Origin: Trichosphaerium sp. ATCC 40318
Taxonomy: Eukaryota; Protista; Tubulinea
Assembly: GCA_038496445.1 (NCBI GenBank)
Contig: JALMLS010000438.1
Coordinates: 165,580 to 229,579 of the forward strand
Length of the DNA: 64,000 nt
Direction of reading: 5' to 3'
Part shown: positions 25,444 through 36,846 of the stretch, in pieces
How the letters are laid out: every line of letters begins with the position of its first letter
How positions within the stretch are numbered: the first letter of the stretch is position 1
The notes under the pieces: model-generated
What the model was told of the DNA's origin: nothing
The model's input: only the letters and a program-made list of their open reading frames with translations
Database searches by the model: none
Position numbers and translations under genes: made by a program

Positions 25444-26283
25444 TCTCCGAGGAACCTTGTACTTAAAAGGAAATGAGGTCATATCGAGATATTTGTGTGT
25501 AGTACTGACCAATTCACGTGCTTTTTTTAGTTTTTTTGACAAAAATAAAGGCAGCAGTACAATACACGATTTGTATACATCTCACAATGATTTAGGTAAG
25601 TCTAATCCAATTTTGCCGAAAACTTCGGCCATCATGTGATTATGCAAAGCGATATAGCCAACATCACAAATGGACAATGAATATCGATGACAGTTTGGTG
25701 TCAACTTAATTACGTACACTAATTTTCACGCGGAGGTTTGGTAACTTCTGTAACAAGTTTCTTTGAAGTTGCACCTCGAATATTCACGGAAGGATAATAC
25801 GAAACACTTTTGGTTTTTTCCTTTTTATTTTGTTCCCTTCTTGACAATATATGTCTACGCACCGAGACGCTATCATCAGATTTTTTTGTGCTAATTGAAG
25901 CATGATACCTTGTTCCGAGTTACACTAGAATGTCAACAAAAAAGTGGAGAAAAAATGGCAAAGTGATACTGAACTGTTCGCCACAAAGGGAGGCAACTGG
26001 GTTATGGCGCTCACTATCCGCTAGGCTCTGACCCCCATACCCCCCTAAAAGGGGCTTTCTAAATAGTTCCTATGGCATAATATAGGATAATTAGTTTGCA
26101 GAATTTTTGACTTTTTCTTGACAAAATTCTACATATTTGGGTTTCCGCTTGTTCCACACTCATACACTATGGGTAGTGTTCCGTAGCCTTATACACTTCC
26201 CAACCTAGCCGGGTAAAAGAACACTGTGTGAACATAAATCTACTTATTTTTACTACGTCATCTTGATTTAGCTAAAAAAAGTT

Positions 26284-29200
26284 ATGAAAGGTACAACTAT
26301 TGTGATATTGTTTATTCTCACTCAGTTTTAGCTTTAAGTGTATTAATAACACTCACGCTACTGTTGGGCTTATCAAATGCGAGCAGCACTTACGACCAAC
26401 TCAACTCGTTAATCTTCAAAAATAAAGGTACTTCACTCATTGTACACGTGATTTTGAGCGATTTTCTAACGTTTGAAGGTCGCGTTGAAAGTTCTGATGT
26501 ATACGTAAATAAAGCCAAGTGTGGAGGTTACATAGAGCCAGCAAACGTACCAAAATCAAGATACTCATGGGCTAAAGAGGGAGAATACAACTTTTTGTTC
26601 AAACAAAGAGAATTACCTCCTACATGTAACGCTACAGCTCCTACTACTTTTCAGGACCTACCTGGCATGGTAAAACCGTTATTTGTTCGTCGTTCAACTC
26701 ACTTTTTCCGTTTAGGATTTCAGAACGTTTGTACCTGAACCCTCATCTAATACAATGTGTAAAGAAGCCTGTTGCGAGAATGCTGGATGCGAAGCTTGGG
26801 TTTACGCGTAAGAAAAAATTGCGGCTCCTTCTTCTCTAAGCGCTTCTTTTAGCAAATCAGCACCCTCAGACTATATGAGCTGTACAAAGGTATCGAAAAA
26901 TGTATGTAGAATGGAGTTTAAAACAGTTTAGGGAGAGCCTTGCTGTTATCTTAAAAGCGGAATTCCACAACCCAAATTCAGCTCTTGTTGCTCCTCTGGG
27001 TTTGTTTTCAGACTTCCTGGTATCACACCACCTACCGGTATGCGTAGTGCTGTACCACTTGGTGGATTTGGTACTGGTTCTTTTGAGCTTCGGGGTGATG
27101 GTTAGTAGTTCTCAACTTTTTATGAAAAAAATGAGAAAACAATGACTTGCAAAGCTTACTCTTTACTAATAGGTGGATTCTACGAATGGACCATTCAAAA
27201 TCAATCACCTGGAGGTGCTGCAAAGTTTGGTGTAGTACCAGATGCTACCTTGGGGTACAGTCTGATGTTTAGTTTCAAGAATGAAAAAAAAAATCTAACG
27301 AGCAAGCTTTTCTCCCGAGTTCTTACATTTTGTCTTGGTAGGTTATGGACGCCAACTTACACTAGGTTACTACGTACTCAACCACCTCAAAGTCTACCTG
27401 GGGTACAAGCTTTAGAGTATAGTGGATCCTGGCCTGTTTCTAAGCTGTTTGTTGATGACACCTTTCCTGTCGACGCAACTGTTTTTGCATATCCTGAATT
27501 CAAGGTTGGAAGTATCAATGGATCTGCTACTCCTGGTGTATTCTTTACTGTTACATTACATAATCCAAAACAAGGTACAACCCTGAAATGTTATGAGCTA
27601 GTGTTGTGTTTGTCTAACTTTTTCAATAGAGCCTCAAGAAGTTGGATTATTACTAAACTTACCGTTGTCATATGAAGTTGATGTTCTTCGATACAGCGAA
27701 TATAATACCTCTACATACGCTCTAGAACCTCCAGAATGTGCTACACTATGTTCATTCAATGCATCATGCGCGTCATGGAGTTTTGATGGACAATGTTATC
27801 ATCATCAAGGTGTTCCTCTAAGTGTTTACAAACAAGGAGCCTACTCAGGCGTTGTTGGATCATGGTCACGATCGAACTCATATGGCTTGACACTCTCAAG
27901 GAAGGGAGTATATCCTACCTCTGGAACAGCGTCACTCATCGCTTTTGGCGACTTTAGCGACATAACAGTTGGTTACGCAACATCAAACTCGTTACCTGAT
28001 ATTTTCGAAACTTTTCAAAAATATGGCGATATCTCTTCAATGCCTGATATGACTTACGCTTTTTATGGCGCAGCAAGTGTTAAAGGAACACTTAAACCAG
28101 GAGAGACAGCTACACTTACTATAGTTTTCTCATGGTACGTCAAAAAAAGACACGGTGAGGTTTTTTTTTTAGCTCGTTAAACTCGCTTAAACTGTTCTTT
28201 TAAGGCACTTTCCTTTCCGCGACCAAATGGGTGAAAACATTGGTAATTTCTATTCAAACTTATACACCGATTCAACAGATGTTGCTGCGAATATGATAAA
28301 TAGGGTGTCAACAACAATAGACGAGATAGTTGCTGTTAACAACCTTTTTTACACAAACTCTTGGCCTGAATTTTTACAAGATATAATGATGAACAGTGTA
28401 AGCCATTCTCGAAGTGCTATGTACTTGAGAAATGGTAGAGTACGTCAATGGGAAGCCTATGATTGTGTAGGCAAGTAATCAAAGTATTACTGTTATCAAA
28501 CAATTGACATTCAAAACCTAGATGTTGATAGTGTTCACAACGATTATCAGAGAATGTTACCTTACATGACTTTTTGGCCTGATTCTCCAATGAGCAAAAT
28601 GAGAGCTTGGGCAAAGTTCCAGTTGCCTTCCGGGATGATCCAGGAGTCTTTGACAAGAGGGTGTACAGGAACACCAACTAAGATGGATACCCCCGGAGGA
28701 CGTGTCATGGCTGATGTTACTTCTGTTTTCATTGTTGAAACTCTTCAGATTTATGAGTGGACAGGAGATAAGAATTTCTTGAATGAAATGAAGGATCATG
28801 CTACATCAGCAGCTGAATGGCAAATGAATATTACTAAAGAGTATGGAATACCACATAAAATGGTTTGTACATACGATATAATAGGATTACAAAGGTAAGT
28901 CTTCGATCGTACTAAAAAAACAAAACATTTTTCTAACTTTTTTCTTAAATCTTAGCCACAATTTCGCTTCGTTTACTGCTTTCATGCACTTGTTATCTAT
29001 GCGTGCTTGTGCTAAATTAGCTAATATTATTGGAGATGATCACTAGGAAAGTCTTGTAATGAAAGCTTCCACAGAGGTGTTGAAGGTAACTTATTTTTTT
29101 CAATACCAAAACCATCATAATGACGTTTGTTAAGCTGTTGATAAATATCTTTGGAATGACAAATACTTCCGTGCTTGGGATGATGGCGAACCTGTAATGG

Positions 29201-30363
29201 CTGATACTCTTTATGGGCAAGTATGGGCGTATACTTTGGGATTAGGAGAGTTGGTAGAGGCGAAACGACTCAAGTACGCTAATGGGGATCAGAACAAACG
29301 CTTTTGTTAACAAAAAAAAAATAGAATGCAATTGGAAGCTGAAGAAGAATACAACGATTCTGATTTTGGGCTTCACGTTATCTCCCAAGGAGATAATACC
29401 TCTTCTTCTATTAGTATTAAGAAAGTAGAAGATACATGCGGTGGTACTATGGATCATACAGTATGGGGCGGAGGATCACCTGATTGGTAACGTTACCAAA
29501 AAAAAAGAAAAAAATGAGAAAAGAAACAGTTCTTTGCATCTAACTTTCTTGTTTTAAACTATAGGTCAGTCTTGAACTTGTGGCTAGGTAATAACGTCAC
29601 ATACAGTCTATCTCAAGCTGAAAAGTCTCTTGGCCATTGGAGGAGTGGTATAAATGATCAGTGGAACATACATGCTCTTCTCTCTGACAGTGATAAATCT
29701 TGGGGAAGCCAAGCTGGATATCCATATATTTCAAGTCATTACGGATTCCATATGGTTCATGTATGTTTTTTATTTGATGACCATCTTAGCAAAACCTTGA
29801 ACACTGAAGTTGCCTTTCCATTGAACAATATTCGATTATACAAAAGTTTGGTCATCTAGGTTCTGCAGAGCTGCAAGTGCAACAGTTTCCAAGCATTTCT
29901 GCTAAAAAACTCAGTGACCCAATTATTTGTTTCACGTGATGAAAAAAAAAACACGTGTGCTTTTTTCGCAATTTTCTTATTTGCCACAAGATCAAAAAAG
30001 TACTTTCTGTTCTTTACGTTCATTTACAAAAAGCAAGGGACAATCATAAGAGGAGTGTACTCACATCTCTTATTACTCAAAAAATTATATTTATTTATAT
30101 TTTAGTGGCATATTCCTCTTGCTCTCTCTGGTCAATACTTCTCTAAGCCTGAAAGTGTTTTATCTTTCAAACCAAAGATTCAATCACCATACACTTTACC
30201 AGTATATTTGCCTGGTTTTCTTGGTTTTATTAAGAGTGATGACTCTCAATATACTTTTGGTGTTGTCAGAGGAACTATTGAAATAGATAAACTATCTATT
30301 GACAATCACCCTTATTTTGATACAGTATCATTAAAGAGTGGTGAATCTATTGTTTGGAGTTAA
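26284..30363 (+). CDS. GH116 beta-glucosidase/glucosylceramidase (GBA2-like) with PAN/apple domains, secreted
   Basis: [70 protein letters not shown]. Two C..CC...C.AW PAN-like modules. Confidence 0.88.
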
Positions 30364-30511
30364 ACTAATAATAAAAAATTGATGACAACAACCTGTGTAT
30401 TAACCAATGACTTAACGTAATAAAACAAATCCTTGTTGCTCAATCAAAAATGGTCTAGTACGCTCTAAGCAGTGCCAAACCATGTGTTTCAAGTTTATCT
30501 TATACAACAAC

Positions 30512-32979
30512 ACTAGCGACTAGTCAAGGGTAAGCATTTACTCGTCAGAGCTATTAGTCCATTAACATTGACCACCACAACCTACGTTCCACATGCATAT
30601 TCTAACAGCAAGTGGTAAAACAAAAGGTACTTCTAAAACGCTACACTTTTCAGGAAGCCTACTTTGTTGTGAGGCTTACACCGCTTGAGTCAGAGGTGAT
30701 AAAGTGACTGACATAAGTATGTTTGTAGGGACCAAAGCGGACGCTGTGACCATTTCCGCCATGGACAACTTTTGTAATTGTCAAGCTTGCTCGATTAAAC
30801 TTGTCAGTTAACTAGTTACCGTAAGGGCCAAGAGGATATAAAAGTCTCTATAGTAGAAACGACCGTCAAGTGGTTTAGTGTACTTTAAATACTTCAAGGA
30901 GTACCCTTATTTATTAACATCCTTGTCCTAACTTAAGCGGAACGGTGTTTTTTTGATGCTATCAAAACTGGACATCTTGGAGGCGTTGTATGAAATTCTA
31001 CCTGAATACAAATTTTGTTCAAATACGTCTACTACAGCATGATCTTGGTACTAGTCTATTCAATTCACAATTGATAGTTGTCACTGTGTCATCTGAACCA
31101 CAACAACTAAAACAATAAAGTCATTTAAACACCTCATCAGAAAATAAAAACCCATCCATACTTGTCCTCGCCTGCACCACTATCAATCACTGGTTTCGGT
31201 CCAGAACCAATATAATTTGTCACAGATATGATATCTTCGGAATTGGTAGTTACAATAGGAGTACTAGGAGCATCTTGAGCTATTTAAACAAGCATAAGTA
31301 AAACAGTTTGCTTGCAGATAAACTATGAGCAAGTTAGTACCAAGATCAAATCCTGAAATTCTAATAAAAGCATTATCTCCTTCAGAAGTCATTGACCTGA
31401 ATACAACGTCGCTCATAGTAACCTCAATTACAGTTGTTGATCCCTCAATTGCTATATTTCCCATACTACTTGAAGTAGCAAACAGCAAGGCGTTTATTCC
31501 TTGACCATTCACTTTTTTTTTTAAAATAACAATGAGTTTGTTGATAGTAAAGAAAGTACTTACTTGATATATCGCCTACATCTGCGTTTTGAAACTCGTT
31601 ACATAAGCTCTGTCCATTACTAGTGATTTCACCAATGACAGGTGAAACACCATTTAAAGGTAGAAACTGTGCACAAGGTACACCTGCATCACTTAAAGAT
31701 AAAATAAGAAAGCATAAAAAAGTGTTTTAGTTCAGTACAAAAAAGCACTTGTTATTTCTCCACCTTCCATTATCAGACTATCTTGAATAGCAGCAATTAT
31801 TCGCAATTGCCCATTAGTTATTGTTGAATCAGACGCTCTCACACATGCAGCTTGATCGGACCTTATTTCAGAAGTAGTTGTAAGTGTGAGTGATGCACTT
31901 GTCATTTCAACACAAGCGAATCCTGTGCTATGGATATCAAGATTACCCACAACACCACTTCCAGGCATAAAACGGACACAAGCTTCATTAGTTTCTAAAG
32001 TAATATCTTCGGTGATTATTGAGTTGAAAATGATACACGTGTCGCCAGTGGATATTTCTATTACGAAACAAAACGGATATTTAACCACTAATAAAAACAA
32101 ACAATTTATTGCCCGTTTTGCGTACCTGAAGCGGCTGTTATTGTTTTACACTCAGGAGCTGTAAAATCGCATGAATCGCACGTAAAACAACTACAACGAC
32201 AGCCTCTTTGAGCGTTTGATGGGGTTAGGAGGACTGTAACAACAAAAAAAAAGTTAACATTTAAAGTAAGTTTAAATTAACAGCGTACGCAGCAACATCA
32301 CAACGGATGCCGTTCCGAATGTTGCGGTTATGAGATGCATTATCTGTTAATCCTGTGGTTGAAACAATTGAGATAAGCAGGATTTACACTAAGTTTCACG
32401 GGCTTTCTTTCTGTGAATTCACATTCGGGCACCTCGTGCTCCTCTTCACATAACATAAGCAGCGACAAGTCTAGTATTTTAATACATGTTTGTTGTCTCA
32501 CAATCAAGTTTTTTAGAAATGTTATTGTCTGCTCACTCAAGTTTTGAGACAGAGTCAGAGCTGACGATCTGACACTTCTGACAAGATCTTGCAAATGTCA
32601 CTTTTTAAATGATCTGCCCTCGCACCTGTAGCGAATCTAACCGTTTCAAACCCACGTGATTTCACAACCCATAGCAAAAAGTATATTTTGACCCAGGCGG
32701 AGTTTAGAAAGCCTACAGCAACGTTGGTAGTGTTGCGGGAGGTTTTCACATTAGTATACCTGCTTTGCAGTTTGAATGCTGCGAGAGTGCTTCTGTTAGC
32801 GTGGGGTAGGCGCCAGAGTGGCGCTAGTAAGTTATACACGTACGTTGATTTTTAAAAGTAAAACAAACGGCAAACAGTGTTTGAGGCATTCATACTGTTT
32901 GGAGGTGTAACGCTTTCTAGGAACATCATACCTTGTTAGCTCGTTGAAGACTTCTATCGTTTGACGGTACGTCATTGAA
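30512..32979. repeat. Left arm of ~2.4 kb inverted duplication
   Basis: Reverse complement aligns by eye with 36847-39178 across exons, introns and flanks. About 100 bp extra at ~32457-32560. Confidence 0.95.
31019..32340 (-). CDS. Secreted Cys-rich protein family, copy 2 (apparently intact)
   Basis: ATG 32340 MHLITATFGTASVVMLL. Exons are ORFs 31732-32100 and 31264-31512. Ends CCSRRI*. Confidence 0.82.
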
Positions 32980-33685
32980 AATTGTACTATACTTACATAA
33001 GTCGTACTATGAAGGACAGCATTGTCACGTTGCGATAGGTCGACACCATTTGCCACTGTCTTATCTTACTAGATCACGATGTAATTAGTATCTAGTGATG
33101 ACTAGAACAATCTTAAGTGTCATTGCAAGTTGATTGCAAAAGATGGTCTTGTAGTGTCTTACACTTGCCCTGTATACAAAGATGAAGAACTCCTTTTATG
33201 TGAAAACCAATTATTTAGCTCGGAAGTATTTTCTCAATAGGATATGAATTCATGACGGGAAATAAAAGATTTGCACGGGTTGTAAACGGCTTGTGGGTTG
33301 ACCAAGAAGACCAAATGATTTCTTTCCTATGAATTTGATGTAATGTCAGTAGATTGCTTTTGTCATTTTGTAAAAGTTGGAGCGTCTAAACCTAAATAGA
33401 TAGTTTGAAGGGGAGAACGAAAATCCACTGTAAAAAAACGTAAACCCCCGGTGTGATGTAGCGCCCTAGTTTGGTTAAAACGTGTGCCCTTTATACAACT
33501 TTAAAACCTTTAACTTTATTACCAAATGGATAATTCTAAACAAGGATGGGAAGTTCAATTTTTTCACAACCTGGATGCCGGAACTACGAGCCAGAAGATA
33601 GTTCTACATTGATGACAGTTTGGTGAATGAATGTACACAAGCCTATTCACTAAACTATGATCTCGTCTAGTTTATTCACTACCGT

Positions 33686-34762
33686 TCACTTATAATCTAC
33701 AAACGTGTTTTCAAGTACATTTAAACACTCCTTTGTTGTATTTCTACAACCATGCAATATTACCACCTTTACATCAGAAAGGGGAATGAGCCAATCATTT
33801 GATGCGTTAGTGTATGACACATTGATTGTATGTAGCTTTGTAAGATACTTCATACCTGCTTCAGTGATATACCTACATCCTGATAGATTAATTGAGAATA
33901 AACCAGAAAGCGGAACAAGCCAATCATCTGTTGCCATGGTGTATGAGAGATTGACTGTATGTAGACTTGTAAGATATTTCATGCCTGATACAGTGATACC
34001 ACAGTATGATAGATTAATTGAGTGTAAACCAGAAAGCGGAACAAGCCAATCATCTGTTGCCCATGTATGAGAGAGATTGAGCGTATGTACATCTGAGAGA
34101 TTTTCCATACATGCTTCAGTTATTTTTAGACAACCCTCAAGATGGATTGTGTGAACTCCAGTAAGAGCTTCAACACCTTTATCTGATACTGATGTAACTG
34201 CCAAGTCTATTGTGTGTACTCCAGCTAAAGCTGAAATTCCTCTATCCGTCACAGAGGTACTTCTCAAGCAAATTGAATGAACGCCAGCTAGAGCTGATAT
34301 ACCCACGTCTGTAATACCTAAACAATACGATGCATTCAGCTCATGAACACCGCGAATATGATTTAGTCCTGTGTCTGTGATATGGAAACTGGACCTAATG
34401 TCAAGATGTTGAACACCAGAAAGAAAAGAAAGATCTGTATCTTTTGCTTCTTTAAATTTATACAAAGATATTTTTGTGTTTTTGACAAGAGGACTTCCTG
34501 AAAGACTTGAACAATGCGACGTCGATTTAACATAGATACAACCGTATCCAACGTGATAGTGTATGACGTCAGATAATACTTTACAACTTTGAGAGACGTT
34601 AAATCGATCAGAACCATCCACAAACTCAAGTAAATGAGCGAGTATCTCCGGTGGTATGTCTAACAACTCAATTGTGGCGATACTACAAGATTTGCGATTA
34701 AATTGCTGCAATGGTCCTCTGGCTTTTGGCTTTCGCTCCATAATACGTAATAAGATCTGCAC
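33686..34762 (-). CDS. F-box + LRR protein, intronless
   Basis: LLDIPPEILAHLLEF F-box followed by GVHTI/LHTINLS repeats. First ATG at ~34741. Confidence 0.92.
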   Translation of the reverse strand: MQILLRIMERKPKARGPLQQFNRKSCSIATIELLDIPPEILAHLLEFVDGSDRFNVSQSCKVLSDVIHYHVGYGCIYVKSTSHCSSLSGSPLVKNTKISLYKFKEAKDTDLSFLSGVQHLDIRSSFHITDTGLNHIRGVHELNASYCLGITDVGISALAGVHSICLRSTSVTDRGISALAGVHTIDLAVTSVSDKGVEALTGVHTIHLEGCLKITEACMENLSDVHTLNLSHTWATDDWLVPLSGLHSINLSYCGITVSGMKYLTSLHTVNLSYTMATDDWLVPLSGLFSINLSGCRYITEAGMKYLTKLHTINVSYTNASNDWLIPLSDVKVVILHGCRNTTKECLNVLENTFVDYK

Positions 34763-35666
34763 AAAGATTTAGAACGTATAACTATGTAACGGCACGCACG
34801 TGCTACTTATGTCGTATAACTTAGCTAGGGTTATAGGACGAGTTGTTGCAGGTACGAGGTAAGGAGAATTCTGTATTTATTAAGTTTATTACATTTAGGA
34901 ACTTCGTTATCTGAATAACGAATGATGTATATGAAGTATTCATATACGACACTTATGGTACGTGAATCCAGTAGCAAAGGCCCTGGCTTGAAATGGTGCC
35001 AGATTACTTTAGGGTTAAGCACCTTTTAAGACTCACTATCAGTAGAAAGCACGGACTTTTTGGTCTTCACCATTCTCATCTGAGTAACAGAACTCTGATC
35101 GTAAAATAGGTTTCAATTTTAGAAAATCGACAACCTTGTATTTTTGTTCACAATTGCTAACCATGTATGAAGTCCTGCGTTTTTTGCTGAAGTCTCTAGA
35201 AAGTGTTGTAACAGTAGGGGATACAGTTTGTTATTTACTTTATAAAGTTTGTCAATGACTAGGAGCAAAGAATCACTTTCAAAAGCATGAACAGCACATG
35301 TCCCAAATACCCCATTTAGTGCTTTAATGCACTAATTATTCAGTGCCAAGTTAACCTTAATTTCGATGGAATCCGTGTCCAGAACATACATATGTATACT
35401 GGAGAGAATATTGCAATATTGTTCTAAACTGATGAAAAAACCATCATTCCTCCCATGTTAGACAACTCTGAACATAAACTAGCAATAATGGTATTGACTT
35501 CAGTCAGCAGTGTTTAGCGCCGCTTTTTTACGAAACCACTCACGTTTTTCTGTGCGCATTGAGTACCTTTCGCGTTTTCGTAAACTTTTGAGATTTACTA
35601 AATTTTGGGAACTGCCTTAACCGCTTAAGTGATTGCAACTTTAAAAACAACTTTGCAACTACCATC

Positions 35667-36035
35667 ATGCAGCTTCTTATTGTTCTCGCTTTTGTAGCTA
35701 TTACTTTCGCTCAAATATACCCAATTCCTCCATCGTTTAAAAGCGTTCAGTTCGAGTTTACCGCAAAACAAGTTACAGGCAGCCTTCATTGGCAAGTAAC
35801 GGTACATGGGCATACATGGGTTCTGCACCAAATGATTTCAAACTTGTACGCCTTTTACGCCTTTTTGCAGCTTATTCTCCCAAAAGCGTTGTTATACGTT
35901 GCAACCTTAATTCTACGCTCGTTTCTTGTTAATAGACGCTTCTTTGTACTAGTCTAGTCTAACTTCGCTTTTAGTATTTGGATGTTACCATGGAAACTAT
36001 TACAAACACTGGACTTGTCATTGAATCTCCTTCAG
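35667..36035 (+). pseudogene. Truncated secreted-protein gene interrupted by TIR element
   Basis: Signal peptide MQLLIVLAFVAITFAQ. A later exon YLDVTMETITNTGLVIESPS stops at the inverted repeat at 36033. Confidence 0.45.
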
Positions 36036-36843
36036 GGGTAATTCACCAGCTGTGAACATTCCCATTTGGTTTTTTCTGTTCGCACTGAAATACTTGTTTC
36101 AGTAGTTGTCCATCCGAAAAATTGAATTTTACTAAGTCCTTTGACATGCAAATAGTTTGAAGGGAGGAGTATCAGTCAGTAGTGTAGTTATGTTCGTGCC
36201 TCTAACTGCACCTGATATGCCATCTTGGCTTGCAATATCAAGAGCTTTTACGCTGTAGAACAAGTCTTGACCAGACCTATGGTAGAACTTTATGTAATTG
36301 ACAGATTATCGATAAAAAAGATTGTAGATAATCCTATTTTTTGCTTGTATTTGTTAATCACTATGAGCATTTAGTTTTATTGTTACAAGCAAAAAATGTG
36401 TAATCCACCTGCTGGTATCAATGATACAAATGTGAGGCATGGAAATTTTAAAGGTTATGAGTAATGATGAACTATGGTTGGTTCAGGTACTTTGCAAGTG
36501 GCTGCTACTTGTTCATATCATAATGGTATGCAACCAAAAAGTATCAGTATCAAGTATTTTAGTGTAATGTAGATTCTAAACAATGTTCTCGGTTGTACAG
36601 AAAAACTAGTCAGTTCAATCAAGGAAAAGAAAGAGACGGTGAACAAATAGTATTTGTGCTAACTTGACTACACAATTTGGTGTCTTTGAAAAAGCGAATT
36701 TATCTCCTTAATGAACTCTCACGCTCGCCAAATACGCAGTGTACAACCAAGGCTCTAACAATCACCATTATAACAAATCTGAAACAAGTACTTCAGTGCG
36801 AACAGAACCAACCAAATGGGAATCACTGCTGGTGAGTCTACTG
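36033..36843. mobile_element. Non-autonomous TIR element (MITE-like, possibly hAT-derived)
   Basis: 36043-36102 (tcaccagc..attcccatttgg..ctgttcgcactgaaatacttgtttcag) is an imperfect inverted repeat of 36779-36835. Ends CAG...CTG. No TSD seen. Confidence 0.65.
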
Positions 36844-36846
36844 ACA

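Noticed and set aside
30525-30555. CTGACGAG core suggestive of a hammerhead ribozyme (minus strand)
   Set aside because: No GAAA after the stem and no stems I/III.
30670-30766. tRNA-like start on the minus strand (GTCCATGGCGGAAATGG...)
   Set aside because: No T-loop GTTCRA or acceptor-stem closure, and the second copy (~38920) does not conserve the pairing.
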